From Lama glama (taxonomy: Eukaryota), in assembly GCA_028534125.1 (NCBI GenBank), contig CM052845.1, positions 24,552,001-24,616,000 on the forward strand: a stretch of 64,000 bases of DNA, in the 5' to 3' direction. Positions 14,708-27,620 of the stretch are shown here, piece after piece (the first letter of the stretch is position 1; each line of letters begins with the position of its first letter). The position numbers were made by a program, and so were the translations under genes. Under the pieces are notes generated by a model. It was not told the origin of the DNA. It ran no database searches and saw only the letters and a program-made list of their open reading frames with translations.

Positions 14708-14786
14708 CTGTTTTGACTTTTTCTCTCAACTTCATGGGGCTGCCAGGAACCCGACAGGAGCTCTGCGTGGCCCCGTGCACGTGCTC
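14708..14786 (-). pseudogene. Exon relic EHVHGATQSSCRVPGSPMKLREKVKT
   Basis: Branch/pyrimidine tract cttaatctcgtttgcctttacttggag (weak GAG acceptor), donor AG|gtacgc; 79 nt, phase 0->1. Confidence 0.6.
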
Positions 14787-15703
14787 CTCCAAGTAAAGGC
14801 AAACGAGATTAAGCTTCCACTGTAACTGTCCACTATCAAACACCAAACGGTTTAACTGCATTTACTCAAACAATAATCCAGCATTTACTTCTAAGGGAAT
14901 GCTTCAATTTTCCATCCACTAATCAGTTTCCTCATAATTATTCGTGCACTGCAGCTGGTGTTACATATTGAGTATTTTTCAATCTACTCTTGGCAATCAC
15001 CAGGTATAGATTTGAGGGTTTGCTATGAAGACCAAAACATTTTTACTGTTTATACTCAAAAAATTTACACTCACATTATATATATTTCATAAAGTATTAC
15101 AACTCTGCATAAGGGCATGTTAACGTCGTAATTGCTACCCCAGGGTCATTTAATATGTGTATCTGTTTTTAACTGTGATTGCAGTCCACATAGAAAAACA
15201 GATCTATTTAAAACTATAATGCATAGGCATCAGGGAGAATTAATTTAATTACTCAGGGCCTTATTTATTTTACCTTCCTGAATTGAAAAGAAAATTAACA
15301 TAATAATTTTTAGTATTACTAATACTGAACAAACACAAATGAAACAATCAAGTTTGGAACTCCTTCCACGAGGCCACGGTGCCTATGACGCAGCCGCAGC
15401 AGGGGCAGGGTCTCCAGGCGGAGCTGCCGGTGCGGGGAGCAGGGAGCCTGGAGACCCGGGGCCCCCTTTCTGTGAGCTGCAGCCCTCGGGGGTGGGCAAG
15501 GGAGCCTCGTCCCGTCCACACCTCGCTCCTCTGCAGTGCTAAGTGGTCCCTTCTCCCAGACTGCAACCTGGAACCAGCAACATGGACCCATGTTTACTTG
15601 CTCGGGCCCTTGAGGGATTAAAGAAGTGAAGTCCGTGAAACACTCCAGGCGCTTTGGTGTTACAGGAAGTCGCTTTATAGCTCTTATTAAACCCTGTTTA
15701 AGA

Positions 15704-15731
15704 GTGTGTGTGTGTATGTGTGTGTGTGTGT
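15704..15731. repeat. (GT)n microsatellite
   Basis: gtgtgtgtgtgtatgtgtgtgtgtgtgt. Confidence 0.9.
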
Positions 15732-16665
15732 TCAAACTTAACTCCCAATAGAAGCTGGGAGTTGCGACAGAGACACAGATAAATCTGTAGGGACCTCGGG
15801 CAGATATGCGCGGCAGGTACAGACGCTCTGGGGCAGAGACCGTGGGTGCCGCGGTGGACAGAGCCGGTGGGCAGACCACCCCCCTAATTAGAAGAGCAGC
15901 CGGAGGCCAGGGTGGGCACGAGCTCTCCTGTTGGCTTTGCCTACCGCCGGGAACACAGGTCCCAGGTCCCAGGTGGTCAGAGTGGTGATGGGGACAAGGC
16001 GACCACAGTGCTTCCCGGGATGGACAGAGCAGAGTCACAGATGAGACCCTTCCTCAGCACGAAAGAAACCACCCTCACGCTGCTAGAACGTCCACACCCC
16101 GTGCTCGCCCCCAGACGGTGCAGTGTGGGTTTGAAAGTCGGGCTCCTTTTGTGCTTCAGAATCAGGGAACTGAGCAGGAGGTAAACACTGGGGAAAAGCA
16201 AGAGAGATGCCTGACCTTCTACCTCAACGTCGCCCTCTAAAGCCCACGTGAGACCAATCGCTATGCATCAAGGCTCCTGCACACACGGGGGCTCTGCTGT
16301 CAGAATGGGGATCCCCATTACACAGCACAGTCGTGACCAGTGGACAGAGTGATCGGCCCTGGGTGAGTTCGTCACCACCTCGGGAAACCCTCACTGGCCA
16401 CCAGTGCCTCCTGGAAGAGGGGGAGCCTTTACCGCCTGCACAGGTCCAGAGCAAAAGCCACGAGGTGACGCCTCTGTAGACTGTCACGGAGACACTGCCC
16501 ATGGAATCTTCCTCAAATCCACCCGGCGTGGCTTCCAGATGCTCCCCGCTCAGGGACCACACCAGACGCCCTGCACCCCGGACCCTTAGCTCCAGCCAGC
16601 CCCCACGTCCTGCCACGCCAGCCACAGCCCGTCACGATGGGGAGCACTGCCGCACTCGGTTCTGC

Positions 16666-16722
16666 CTCTTCAGGCTTTGTCTGTTTTCTCCGTTTGAGAT
16701 TGAAATGCAATGGAAATACATG
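16666..16722 (-). pseudogene. Exon relic HVFPLHFNLKRRKQTKPEE
   Basis: Acceptor tttgtgtctttaatcttcgctag; donor reads GC (AG|gcagaa); 57 nt, phase 0->0, fits between neighbours. Confidence 0.5.
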
Positions 16723-17970
16723 CTAGCGAAGATTAAAGACACAAATCAACAGAGCTGCACAGCAAGAAACCAAGACAGCGTTGCTCATCCCCGACGTGGA
16801 CCCCCGTCCAGCAGGAGGGGACCTGTGTGCAGACTCGCTGGCACAAACACGGCGGGGAAGGTGAGGAGGCCTCTGGCGACGGGGTGGCGCTGGGGCCAGG
16901 GGACCACATGTTCCATCCGGAGAACCTGATACAACACCCAGGCTGACTGATGGAATTCCTCCCCTGAGCAGAAGCTACTCCAGGAACATACGGAGAAAAG
17001 ATAAATAAATGCGCAGCTTTGGCAAAGACCCCAAAATCAAGTCCAGTTGTGCAGCACAGGCGTCCAAAGAGCCGAGCCGCGGCAAAGGCTCTGAAAGCAC
17101 CCATTCGCGTGCCCACATCGCTGAGGGCGGTCCCCCCCAGGACGAGGACTCTCAGACCAGGAGCGGACGTGCAATCACACACGTGACGACTTGCAGAACC
17201 ACTATGTGTCACGCAGGCAGCGTTGTTCGTCACATATATTGCACGTAGCACTACACACCACACGCAGGCTGTAACTACACATATTTACTTAGACACACAA
17301 ACAGATGATTAGACCACGTTGGCTCAATTGTTACATACCAATGAAAGTATATTCAATTAGAAAAAGTTAACACGGCGTCAGCATGACCTCCAGCACGTAG
17401 ACCTCCCTGGTTTCCAAAGCTGTCGCCTGCGTGTGTGAACAGGGCCGCGGCCGAGTGCTGGGAACGCTCCCTCTGCGGCTGGCTGCACGCCTCCCGGGAC
17501 GCGTGGTCCTGTCCGACCCAGCAGGATCATGTCTCTAGTGTTTGCCTCTGTTACCTCAAGAGCACGTGGAGGAAGCGTGGCCACCACACACCCCACCTGG
17601 GGTCTCCCGACGGGCATAGGGCAGAGCCCCAGGCGAGTCCCTGTCCACAAGACAGAGGAGGGAGGCACTGAGGTCATGGGGCCAGGAAGGGGCTACATCC
17701 ACAAGGAAACTGGGGAGGGTCTCCGAGAACCATCCTTTCCAGCCAGAACGTCCCACCGCGCAATCCTTCCTCTTCACCTCGTTTAAACACCCAGAACGAG
17801 CTGGGAGCATGGACCTCCCAGGGTGCGGAAGTGACACGTGTGACAAAGGGTGGAAACAGGGCCTCCGACTGAGTTTGCTGAAATCCAGACACCACACACT
17901 TCAGGGGCACCAGGTGGCCAAACTGCTGTCACTTAAGGTTCTGTTTAACCATGAGGTGCAGCCTGACAGT

Positions 17971-18110
17971 GTCGGGGTCCGTCTGACCCGGACCGCGGGT
18001 CGGGGCACATCTGACCCGGGCCGCGGGTCGGGGCACATCTGACCCGAGCCGCGTGTCGGGGCGCGTCTGACCTGGGCCGCGTGTTGGGGTGCGTCTGACC
18101 CGGGTCACGC
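17971..18110. repeat. Minisatellite, 28-bp unit x5
   Basis: gtcggggcacatctgacccgggccgcgg variants starting at 17971, 17999, 18027, 18055, 18083. Confidence 0.95.
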
Positions 18111-18874
18111 ACTGACTCCTCTCCTCCTCTGCAGTCTCTCTGGCTGAGGCATTCCTGGTGAACCTCACGGGACCTAAACCTCTGAGTGACTTATTCCTGC
18201 AAATCTGACGCGTCTGCCATATTTGTTGTGCTGTTTTGTCACATGTCAGGAGGCTTTTGTGAGTCTTTATCTTTTTTCTTCAAAACACAAGCTACTTAAC
18301 ACCATTACTGATTCATGGGAAACTGTGAAAGTACACTGGTCTCTTAACAAACCATTTTTCAACCCCAAGAGGGTAAATGGTTACACCAAGTCAAGGGGGA
18401 CTTACTGTTGCCCGAAAGGACAAAATAATTGAGACATAAACACAAGCAAACTGCAGAGACATTCCTCATACACATTCCATAAGCCTGTCAGCACAGTGGG
18501 GCGACTCCCAGTGCAGAGGGGCCGTGAGCCCTGCCCACCGAGCAGACCACTGCCGTTCAAAGGCGTCCCCTCCACAGGTTCCCCGAGGGCAAACCCGAGG
18601 GCGTTCATCACCAGACCGTCCAGCCGGGGACCACTTACAGCCACGGGAAACGGCTGTCCAGTGGGTTCAGACCCCCCCCAAACGCCCACACAGAATCGCT
18701 CTGCAGAGATCTGCTGAACAGGCACGTGGCTGCATGGGGGCCGCCGTCACCTCCACGCTGCACCTTGCCACCTGTGCCGCCCCTCCCACCCCGGACGCTC
18801 CTCCCACCCAGCGCCTCCTGTCTGAATTCTAACTGACTAGTTTACAAACTTTAACGAAAATAAGGAGAAACGTG

Positions 18875-18975
18875 GGCACCTGTGCGAATGCAGATTCCTG
18901 CGCCTCGCTCCTGGGGTGGCCAATTCACGCACCCTGGGTAGGACCCAGGAACTTGCCTTCTGAAAAGCTGGTGCT
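18875..18975. mobile_element. MER5-like (hAT-Charlie) DNA transposon fragment
   Basis: aatgcagattcctg...ggtaggacccaggaacttgccttctgaaaagct. Confidence 0.45.
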
Positions 18976-19167
18976 AAAGCGACTGGGACGCGAACACGGC
19001 TCCGTGTGTTTATTCCATTTCTAAGTCACGTGCCGTGGCGCAGGGGGAACAGGCCTCGCCTGCATGTGTCCCTGTCACCTCCACATGGCTGCTCTCAGGA
19101 GTCCTCCCAGGACGCCCTGCCTCCGATGCCCCGGCCAGTGGCTCCTGGGGCCCCGCGAGGGGCTCAC

Positions 19168-19326
19168 GCTCTGGAGGTTCTGTTTGCAGAGATGGTTTCC
19201 GCTGGATTCTCAGTGGAGCAGAGACACGCGGATTTCAAGTTTGACCCACAGAACCGCTTCCTCTCTCAAATCACTCAGACCTCACGTGGTTGCGAGGCCA
19301 GCACGGAACCAACACTGGCTGCTGCT
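19168..19326 (-). pseudogene. Exon relic ...QCWFRAGLATT*GLSDLREEAVLWVKLEIRVSLLH*ESSGNHLCKQNLQS (RGS-like box 4, helix 3-4)
   Basis: Donor AGC|gtgagc at 19168; FRAxL...EExxxWxxxE resembles RGS FRAFLKSE..EENIEFWLACE; acceptor not resolved; two TGA. Confidence 0.55.
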
Positions 19327-21421
19327 CCAGGGCTGACCTGGCCAACGGGCAGTGCTGCGTCCAGCCAGGCGGGGGACGGGTTGCCAAGGTGCCTCCTGGA
19401 GGCGCTGGTGCCCTGTGCCCCGTCCGCCCGCCAGGCTGCTGCCCAGTCAGCCCTCTGATCCCCACAACAGAGGTGACCTATGATCACGGAGCTCAGAAGC
19501 TCAGGGTAGCCTTCTGCGCTGACCGCCAGCATCCAAAACCATCTTCCCATCGGCCGCCGGCTCTCCAACGGTACCTGGTGGGAGCTTGCAGCGTTCACAA
19601 ACCAGTGAGCAGTCCACTCCCAGAGGGGCTCTGCGCACAGTGGGGGAGTCCGATGTGCTTACAGAGAGCCCGGTGCAAACTGCAGGGTGAGACAGGCCCC
19701 GCTGGACTGCGATCACTGGTGACCGGAGGACACCCACACCGAGGCTCCCCCAGACCCTGTCACTGCTTAAATGCCTGCAGGGTCACGTCAGATGTAAATA
19801 AACCCACGAGGACACAGGCGTCGGAGACACGCTCACCGAGTCTCTGCCTGTGCTGCGACTCTGAGGGAGAGTGACGCCCTGTTAAGTGAAAACCCTGCAG
19901 AATCACCAGCCTCCACTTACTCACCCGGCTGCCGGGATTTGGTACCACAAACACACACGAGCGAACAGAACGGAATCATGGCCGGTGTGACGGTGGGAAA
20001 CACGGCATCCTGGGCAGGCTGGTCCCGAGAAGACCTGGGGGCGGCCTGGTGCTTCTGACTTGCACCAGGCGAGTCCCGCCCCTCCTCCTGGAGCGAGCTG
20101 TCCACAGCCCAGGCGGCACGTCAAAACCGGCGGTGCCACCGTCGCTTCTGGACTCGCTCTGTGCAGGAACGAAGCTGTCCCCTGGAAACTGCTAAGCTGA
20201 CCAGCGTACCCCCCAGACCAAACAGCACATGCGTCGTACCCTTCTCAGTTCACAATGAAAAATAATCACAAAAGAGTCTCTTAAGTGAAAAAAAAGAGCC
20301 TCCAAGGTCAGAGAAAGTCACACACATGCACACGCACACCCCCAGAAAACCGGAAGACAAGGACCAGCCCCTTCCTGTCCTGGACCCGGCCCCACGTTGG
20401 GGGTGTCCTTCCTCCGACTAGCCCCGAGGACGGGGACCCCGCTCTGCAGGTTCCGACTGCCTGGGGCACAGACTGCAGCCAGCGAGCTGTGTTCACAAGG
20501 GTCTTCACCAAGATGGAAAACCACTGTCTTCATGAGCGTTTTCTGCACTGAACAGCCCACTTCTAGCAGCCAGCCTAGGTCTCATGCGCAGGACCCGGAC
20601 CTGGACTCACGGGCTGGCTGCGCTGGCTCCGGGCCGCAGAGGACGGTGCTTCCCCGCAGCCCAGCTCGAGGGCGAGCCCTCTGCCAGCACCCATGGGGGC
20701 CCAGGCCTGCCGCCTCCTCGCAGCACGCTGCACCCTCGGCGTGCCAGGCGGGGCCCACCCGGGGCCGCTCGGTGCCCACTTCTGTGATGCTTTCAGCAGG
20801 GAGGGCGGCCTGGTACACACCACAGCTGGGGCGGGCTGGCCTCCTGCCGAGGTCGTCAGTGAACACGGGGGTCTGCACTGACGGCTCCCCGAACGCGCTG
20901 CTGGAATCTCTCAATTTACAACAGAAGTTTTGTAACCACGAGTCCCACCTGACTGTACCGACCACTTGTGACAGGAAGATGCACTTGAAATGCCAAGTGG
21001 CCTCCTCTCCCCACGTGAGGTGCTTCAGACAACGCAGGCACTTCACCTCCCCCAGGCAAACCCAGAGAAGCCTGCACATGCTGAGTGAGTGCCGGCCGGT
21101 GCGTGTGCAACTCGCACACCTCTCTCCAGAAGCTCAGACAAGCAGGTGAGGGCCCAGCCGGGTGCAGGGCCCCAGGGGGGACAGACGGGCCCGCGGCTGT
21201 GAGGGGCTGGCTGCACAGGGATTCATCTCAGGAGCTGGGACGCAGCCGGACCCTCAGAACAAACCTGCTCCGGGTAGTCACACTCACAGTCCCGGCGACT
21301 TGCTCAGGCTGTTCAACTGCAGCAGCTCCGTGAAGGATGAGGGCACGGGGACGCCTGAGAAACAGCAAGTGGTCACCACTTCACAGACGGAACCAAGCAC
21401 CCCCAAAGTCTTTAAGCGTAC

Positions 21422-21484
21422 AAGAGCCTCAAAGGTAAATCTGGTGGCCTCCATGTTTTCTGTATTTCTTGATTCAAACAGCTT
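21422..21484 (-). pseudogene. Exon relic SCLNQEIQKTWRPPDLPLRL
   Basis: Acceptor gccttcgtctcag, donor TT|gtacgc; 63 nt, phase 2->2. Confidence 0.6.
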
Positions 21485-22440
21485 CTGAGACGAAGGCGGC
21501 ATCAGCTCGCTTTTTCACAGTCACACAAATCCCTTAAAGAGACCAAGGGCAGTCTGCTCTGCTCTCTCCGAAACATGAGGCAGGCCGGGGCTCTTAAGCA
21601 GCAAGCCATTCCCGCCGGCGTCAGCAGGAGCACGAGGGAGGGGGGGAAGCCAGAGAAGCTCGCACCTCGAGCAGGGCCAGTCCGTGCAAGCTTCCTCCGA
21701 TTTCAGTCAGTTTCAGTTCCACGGATCGCTCACGTCCTTTGGGAAATGGAAAGTCAGGGTCCCGCTAAGGGTCCCTAAAGTGATCAGATCACCAGAACAT
21801 GAGCTTGACAGTTGTCGGTGGAGGAATCACAGGCAGACACTCTGCAGGGCCGGTGAGACTGGACGATGGCCCCAGCAAGGGCAAGCCTGTCTTTAAAGGG
21901 CCACGTGGGTCCACGCCAACCATGCACGGTGGCCCACGGGTTAAACACCTGGTACAGATGCAGTGACTTCCACACGAGGCCACTTATGCGACCGTGACTC
22001 TTCAAGGTCATGAAAGAGCAATTTCTACACATGGAAACAGCGTATTTATAAGGTCACCCACACAGCCCTGAAATGTATAATCTTAACTAATAACCCAAAA
22101 TCACTCAGGGCAGAGTGGCACGAACTGTGAATCAAGCGTAAAGGTGGCATTCTCAACACAAGTAAGTGAACATCCCGGCTCGCGCACCTCGGGGAAGGAC
22201 TAGACTGCACACCCGCGCACAGGGACGCACGTGGCGCGGCAGTGACGAGACGGCATCTGCTTATGTCTCAGTGCGATGCAGCACCACAGAGTTTTTTTTT
22301 TTACTTTGCTTTGTTTTTTAAATTTTAAGAAGTAATGTGGTTGACACAAATCATTACATAGTTTATTTTACTTGGCAGCTGTAGAGTGACCAAATACGGT
22401 TTCAGTTACATGAGCTTCATCTAAGTGGCTGTACGCTCAC

Positions 22441-22594
22441 AGCGGCACAGCGTATTAGGAAGGAAAGAACCACAGGCTGAATCTGCGTGTCTGAATCATA
22501 GCTGCGTGGACGTGGACGGTGATCCAGTGTCTTCGATACCCAGTGCCCTCGTCTGTACAATGGGAATCCAGCTCCTGTGTTGTTTCAGGTGTCA
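22441..22594 (-). pseudogene. Exon relic V-TPETTQELDSHCTDEGTGYRRHWITVHVHAAMIQTRRFSLWFFPS*YAVP (end of RGS-like box 3)
   Basis: Acceptor ttttcttgccctgattcag, donor CT|gtgagc; 154 nt, phase 1->2; one TAA. Confidence 0.65.
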
Positions 22595-24574
22595 CTGAAT
22601 CAGGGCAAGAAAACGTGGAGAGTGACGTTTCACTTCCCAGGGGGCCCAGGAAACCAGGGGAGGGGAAGCTTACAAAGCACCTGTCGCACGGCCGGGGACC
22701 CCACACTATTCCCCGTGAGGTCCCCCACCTCCTCTTTGACACAAATACACAAATATGAGGCTGTTTTGGGAGAACGACTTAGGCCAGGAAGCGCCAGGCA
22801 CACACTGGTGGCCGGCCTCCTCCACGACGTCACATCACCCTGTGTTACTACACCAAGAACCGGTCACACTTGCCGACAGGAAGCAGGACTCAGACTGGCC
22901 CAGGACGCGGGCGGGAAGTGCGTCTTCCTCCACCGGCTGAGAGAGGACCGGGCCCTGCACGGCCCGACTCGCCTGGACTAAGACTGGCCACCAGGGCTGC
23001 ATCAGCGGGAGTCACAGACCCGGGGGGGAAGGAACAGGAAGCTGAAAGTCTGGTCTCTAACCATGGCTCCAGCGTCCCTGGCGCGTGCCCTGGGGAGAGT
23101 CCGGACTCTCAGGGAAACCGAAGCTCCCAGAAGGCAGCTGCGACCGCCTCACACAGAACCTCCTCCACGAGCTAGAAGATCTCATTGCCGCGTCCCTGAA
23201 TGTCACTCTCCTCACCTGAAAACGAGAAGGATGTCGTCCAGCCCGCATGGCCCCCGGTGGGCCTGGGCCCCACTGCACCCCTGGGCACTCGGGCCCCCAG
23301 GCCTCCCGCTCGAGGCCGGCCACAGGGAATGGCAGGAAGACTGCTCCTGTCAGCAGGAAAGGCAGGGGACACTCCTGGTGCCTCGGGGTCCACGTGACTC
23401 ACTGGACACCGGCGACGCCTGGGAGAGCCCCCCCGAACAGTCGCAGCCGCAGGAGCCGGGCCAGACTTGCGGGGAGAGGGTTGGGTCGGGGAACCAGCCT
23501 GGGGCCTCGAGTGGAGGGGTGACTCCTGAGACCCACCTCCTCCCCTGTGCTACGGCAGAGGGGACTTCCGCCCGCCCCCGCGGGCCTCAGTGGGGTGGGA
23601 GATGAACGTGCCACACGAGACACAGGCGACAGGGACACCCGTCAGCACGAAGCAGAACACAGGCCCCGGACGCGGGGCGCTCGGGCCAACGTCCCTGACG
23701 CAGGCTTCAGACCCGTCTCCGCCATGGCACTCTGGCATCTGGTCAACCCACCTTCCGCCACCCTGCCGTTCCCTTGCCATGTGACCTGGGAGAGTCCATG
23801 TTTAACCTCCGTTTCACCAGTCATTGTCTTTATCAGAGGAGACTGTCCACAGCACGGAGCCCATCTCGGGAAAAGGGGGTTTTCGGTGCCAAGAGCATCA
23901 CAGGACCGTCTGGAGAGCACACGGCAGGCTGCCTGACCCAGGGCGGCCCCAAAGCAGAGGCCAGCCCGCCCCCGCCCACCTCTCCTCCCAAGACCCTCCC
24001 CCCCGCACCGAGGACTGCCTCCTCGGGGGCTTCCCCTCCCTCCTGGTTAAGCAAACGGGGAGGGAGAACTCACACTGAGCTCCTGGATTTCAGCCTAATT
24101 AAAACCGTCCCTCGCGGGAATCTGGCAGAACCGCACCAGCAGGGCTCTGTGCCGGGAGGGGAGGCCTGGGGAACGGGCAGCTGGTGAGGTGAGCAGAGGA
24201 AGAGGCATCCGGGCCGGCGTTCGACGCTGCCCCGCCAGGCGCAGGCTTCAAGGACAGCCCCTCGCACGCACAGCCGCTGCCCCTCCGGGTGGCGCCAGGC
24301 TCTTTTCAGAGCATCCTGGCTGAGGGGAGAGGAGAAGCCAGCGGTGCCCATGGAGAAAAGGAGAGGGCGTCGTGGGAAGTCATGGCCACGCAGCGTGTAA
24401 GGCCAGGGCTGCGGGAGGCCACTTAGGAAAAGCTCTCCCGTCAGGATGTGGCCGCAGGGACCAGGGGGCGGGAGGACCCAGACGCCTACGCCGACCTCCA
24501 GGACGCGTCCCCTTCACCTTGCGACACCTGCTTTCCTGCCTCTGTCCCGTGACGCTCCTCTGGGACCCTCACCC

Positions 24575-24685
24575 ATCACTCACTCAGTCAACAAACACTC
24601 GCTGAGCCTCTGCCCTGAGCCGGGGTGAGAGCTCTGTGGCCCTGGGCACACAAACAAGCATGTGACGTCTGCATTCTCAAGGAGC
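24575..24685 (-). mobile_element. L2 LINE 3' fragment
   Basis: cactcactcagtcaacaaacactcgctgagcctctgccctgagccggg resembles the L2 tail. Confidence 0.5.
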
Positions 24686-25346
24686 TCGTGGCCTCGAGCA
24701 GGATTCAGGGACTGCGATGCCAGTTCCAGTCCAGGAAGCTGCGAGGGGCAACCCTGGAGGGGGTGCTGGGGTCAGGACCTGCAGGGTCTGTGGGGAAGGG
24801 AAGCCCAACGCGTGCGGACAGCGGCAGAGGGGAGGCTGGCAACCTCCCACACGGCGTCTCGGGACTGCCCTAGCGCTGCAGGGCTGGTGGGGGCGTCAGA
24901 GGCAAGGACGCAGGTGGATCAGGAGGCCCCCAGAAGCAGGCGCAGGGATGAAGAGAGGACGACGGTTCGTTCCTGCCCACGGTGGCTCTGCTCCACACCG
25001 GGGAGGCTGTGAGGTCAGGGCTTCCCCTCAGGCTCTAAGGGGCTGGACGTCTTGGGGAGCAGGGAACCGAGAGGGTGCTAGGACAGGTCCCTGCATTTAA
25101 AAAGCTGCAACATCCGATTTCTACGACCCAGAAAACTAAGGCCTGGCTGGACTCCCTGCTGTGCACATGGCAGCCCCGTGGGTCCAGGGGTGTGGGAAAG
25201 GCCTCCCCGCCCCGCAGACCCCACCGCAGGTGATGCTTCCTCGTCTCAGCTCGTTTCAGGCGCCAGGGGGATGCGCCAGATGTGGCAGGGCTCACGGTTG
25301 CCTAGCAACCTGCCCACGCTGCGCACAGCCCTGCTGCCTGAAATAC

Positions 25347-25459
25347 CCTCCTGCAACAGAGCTTTTTTGGAAAGTTCCAGAGATCATTTTTAGAATGAGT
25401 TTCCCAAGGTCCCTGGATGGCAGCCTGGGTGCTGCGGGCGGTAAGGATCCTTCATCGCC
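25347..25459 (-). pseudogene. Exon relic (reading frame ambiguous, probably frameshifted)
   Basis: Acceptor gagcttttccag, donor GG|gtattt; 113 nt, phase 2->1 fits neighbours; that frame has 2 stops, the alternative frame reads RDLGKLILKMISGTFQKSSV. Confidence 0.5.
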
Positions 25460-26545
25460 CTGGAAAAGCTCCCAGGCCACCCCGTCCCTCCTCCTGGTCC
25501 CATGTCGGGGGAGCCTGGGCAGCCCAGAGGCAAGGATGCAGGTGGACCAGGCCCCCAGGGGGATGGGAAATGGATGACAAGAGGACGGTTCATTCCCGCC
25601 CGCGGTAGCTCTCTGCTCCACACCTGCACGCTGAGAGGTCGGCTGAGACGTCCTGGGCGTCTAGGCAGCTGCTAACGTGATCCAACCCCACACGAGGCCC
25701 CAGAGGAAAGCTCTTCAAAACCAGCGGAGGCATCGGTGCCCTCTGCGTGACTCCATCCACTGGCAGCGGGGGGCCACCTGCACTCTGAGCTGTCACGACA
25801 CAGGGTCACCAAGCCGCCTGGGGTCACCCTGCCTGCGTGTCCCGGGCAGCGGAGAGGCAGAGCCGGCCTCCCTTCAGACAGGAGCCTGCCTGCTCAGCTC
25901 CCCTCCAGCAACAATCAAGGATGCCCCTCCGCAAATTAGAGGAGCCTGATTTTAATTTCACGTATTGGCCTCATAGCCAAGCGCGGTCGGCATCACATGC
26001 TCCGCGCGTAGAATCCGGACTTCACTGCTCCCTCTGTGCAGCCCAGCACAGTAGCCACTTCCTGCCCAATCCTCCTCCGTCCAAGCTGCCCCCAGCCACA
26101 CCTGTCCTCCCGTCTGCACCTGCGCCCGCACTGTCAGGCTCCAGTCCACACTGACTGCACCCACACTTCTCCACTGGGCCCATGAAAGGCAGGAGGGGAA
26201 GGCCAGCCGGATAGAAGCTCGGGGTGACGCTCCCGGCCTTCCTGAAGGAGGAACACACTGTACGTGGGGCCCTGCCTGGAGGAAGCATCAGGAAATAAGG
26301 CAAATTGGAAGGAAAGAGCCGTGAAGCCAGGGAAGGACCGTCCAGGAGAGGGGTCAGGTGTCGGCCTCACAGTAAGAGGTTGTGATTCGTCTGAAACAGT
26401 CACCATGTTTGTTCCCTGGGGACCTCTGAGTTTGGAACAAAATGAGGCAGGACAGCAGCTGAAATCCAAACCGCAGATGTGACCCAAAGGCCAACTGAAT
26501 GCGCTTTACCGTAAACGTCGGCAGGAGCCAGGACAGAGAAGCGGC

Positions 26546-26715
26546 GGCTGCCCGGCCCAGCTCCCCTCCCACCCGGGGCTGAGGACGCCCTGGTGAGGGC
26601 TGCCCGGGGCAGCTCCCCTCCCACCCGGGGCTGAGGTCGCCCTGGTGAGGGCTGCCCGGCCCAGCTCCCCTCCCACCCGGGGCTGAGGTCGCCCTGGTGA
26701 GGGCTGCCTGGGGCA
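26546..26715. repeat. Minisatellite, 52-bp GC-rich unit x3.3
   Basis: ggctgcccggcccagctcccctcccacccggggctgaggacgccctggtgag at 26546, 26598, 26650, partial at 26702. Confidence 0.95.
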
Positions 26716-26842
26716 CATGCAGGCTGGTCTTTGATGCGCTGTGTCTGCCCGTCTACCCTCCCAGGTCAGCGTCCTCTCCACCCACTGGTACCTACTTACT
26801 GACTTTCTCACACAAAACAGCACACACTCAAACCTTAAATAA

Positions 26843-27620
26843 CAAGTGGCATTATTTCATTCCTTTTTATGGCCAATTACTATTCCACTGTGTCCAGGTA
26901 CTGCATCTTCTCTGTCCTCTGTTTTTGGACTCTTGGGTTGCCTCCTTATCTTGACTGCTGTGAATAATGCTGCCATGAACGTGGGGTGCATGTATCCTCT
27001 CGAATTCGTGTTTTTGTGTTTTTAGATACGTGCCCAGGAGCGGGATTGCTGGATCACCTGGCAGCTCTAGCTTTAGTCTTCTGAGGAACCTCCACACTGT
27101 CTTCCACAGCGGCTGCGCCAAACTGCATTCCCACCGGCAGTGTGGGAGGGCGCCTTTCTCCAAACCCTCTCCAGCACCTGTCACTTGGGTTCTTTTTCGT
27201 GACGGCCATCCTGACAGGTGCGAGGAGACACCTCGTGGAGTAACACTCAGCCGTAAGAGAGAAAGAAGTGTTGTCACTGGCAACAGGGGCGGCCTTGGAG
27301 GGCGCTGTGCTGAGTGAAGCAGTCAAAGACAAACGCTGCAAGATCTCACTTACACGCGGAATCTAAAAACTACAGCAAACCAGTGAAGACAACAAAACAG
27401 AAGCTACTCACAGACACAGAGAGCAGACTAGTGGTCACCAGTGGGGGGGCGGCGGGGGACGGACCGTTATTGTGAAACAAGGAACACCGTGTGACCCTGG
27501 GCCCACAGCCGACGTTCTGCGATGATGGTGAACGGAGCGTAACTTCTGAGAGCTGTGAGTCCCGACACTGCACGCCTGTAACCTACATGACGTTGTGCCT
27601 CAGCTATGCTTCAGTAAAAA
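26843..27620 (+). mobile_element. Short 5'-inverted (twin-primed) L1
   Basis: 26843-27232 is antisense L1 ORF2 3' end; ~27236-27620 is sense L1 3'UTR ending cagctatgcttcagtaaaaa; the pieces abut in L1 coordinates. Confidence 0.85.

Noticed and set aside
20885-20948. Possible exon WDSWLQNFCCKLRDSSSA
   Set aside because: Phase fits, but the acceptor is poor and no donor was found.
17971-26715. Tandem repeats as a CRISPR-like array
   Set aside because: Head-to-tail units without unique spacers in mammalian DNA; ordinary minisatellites.
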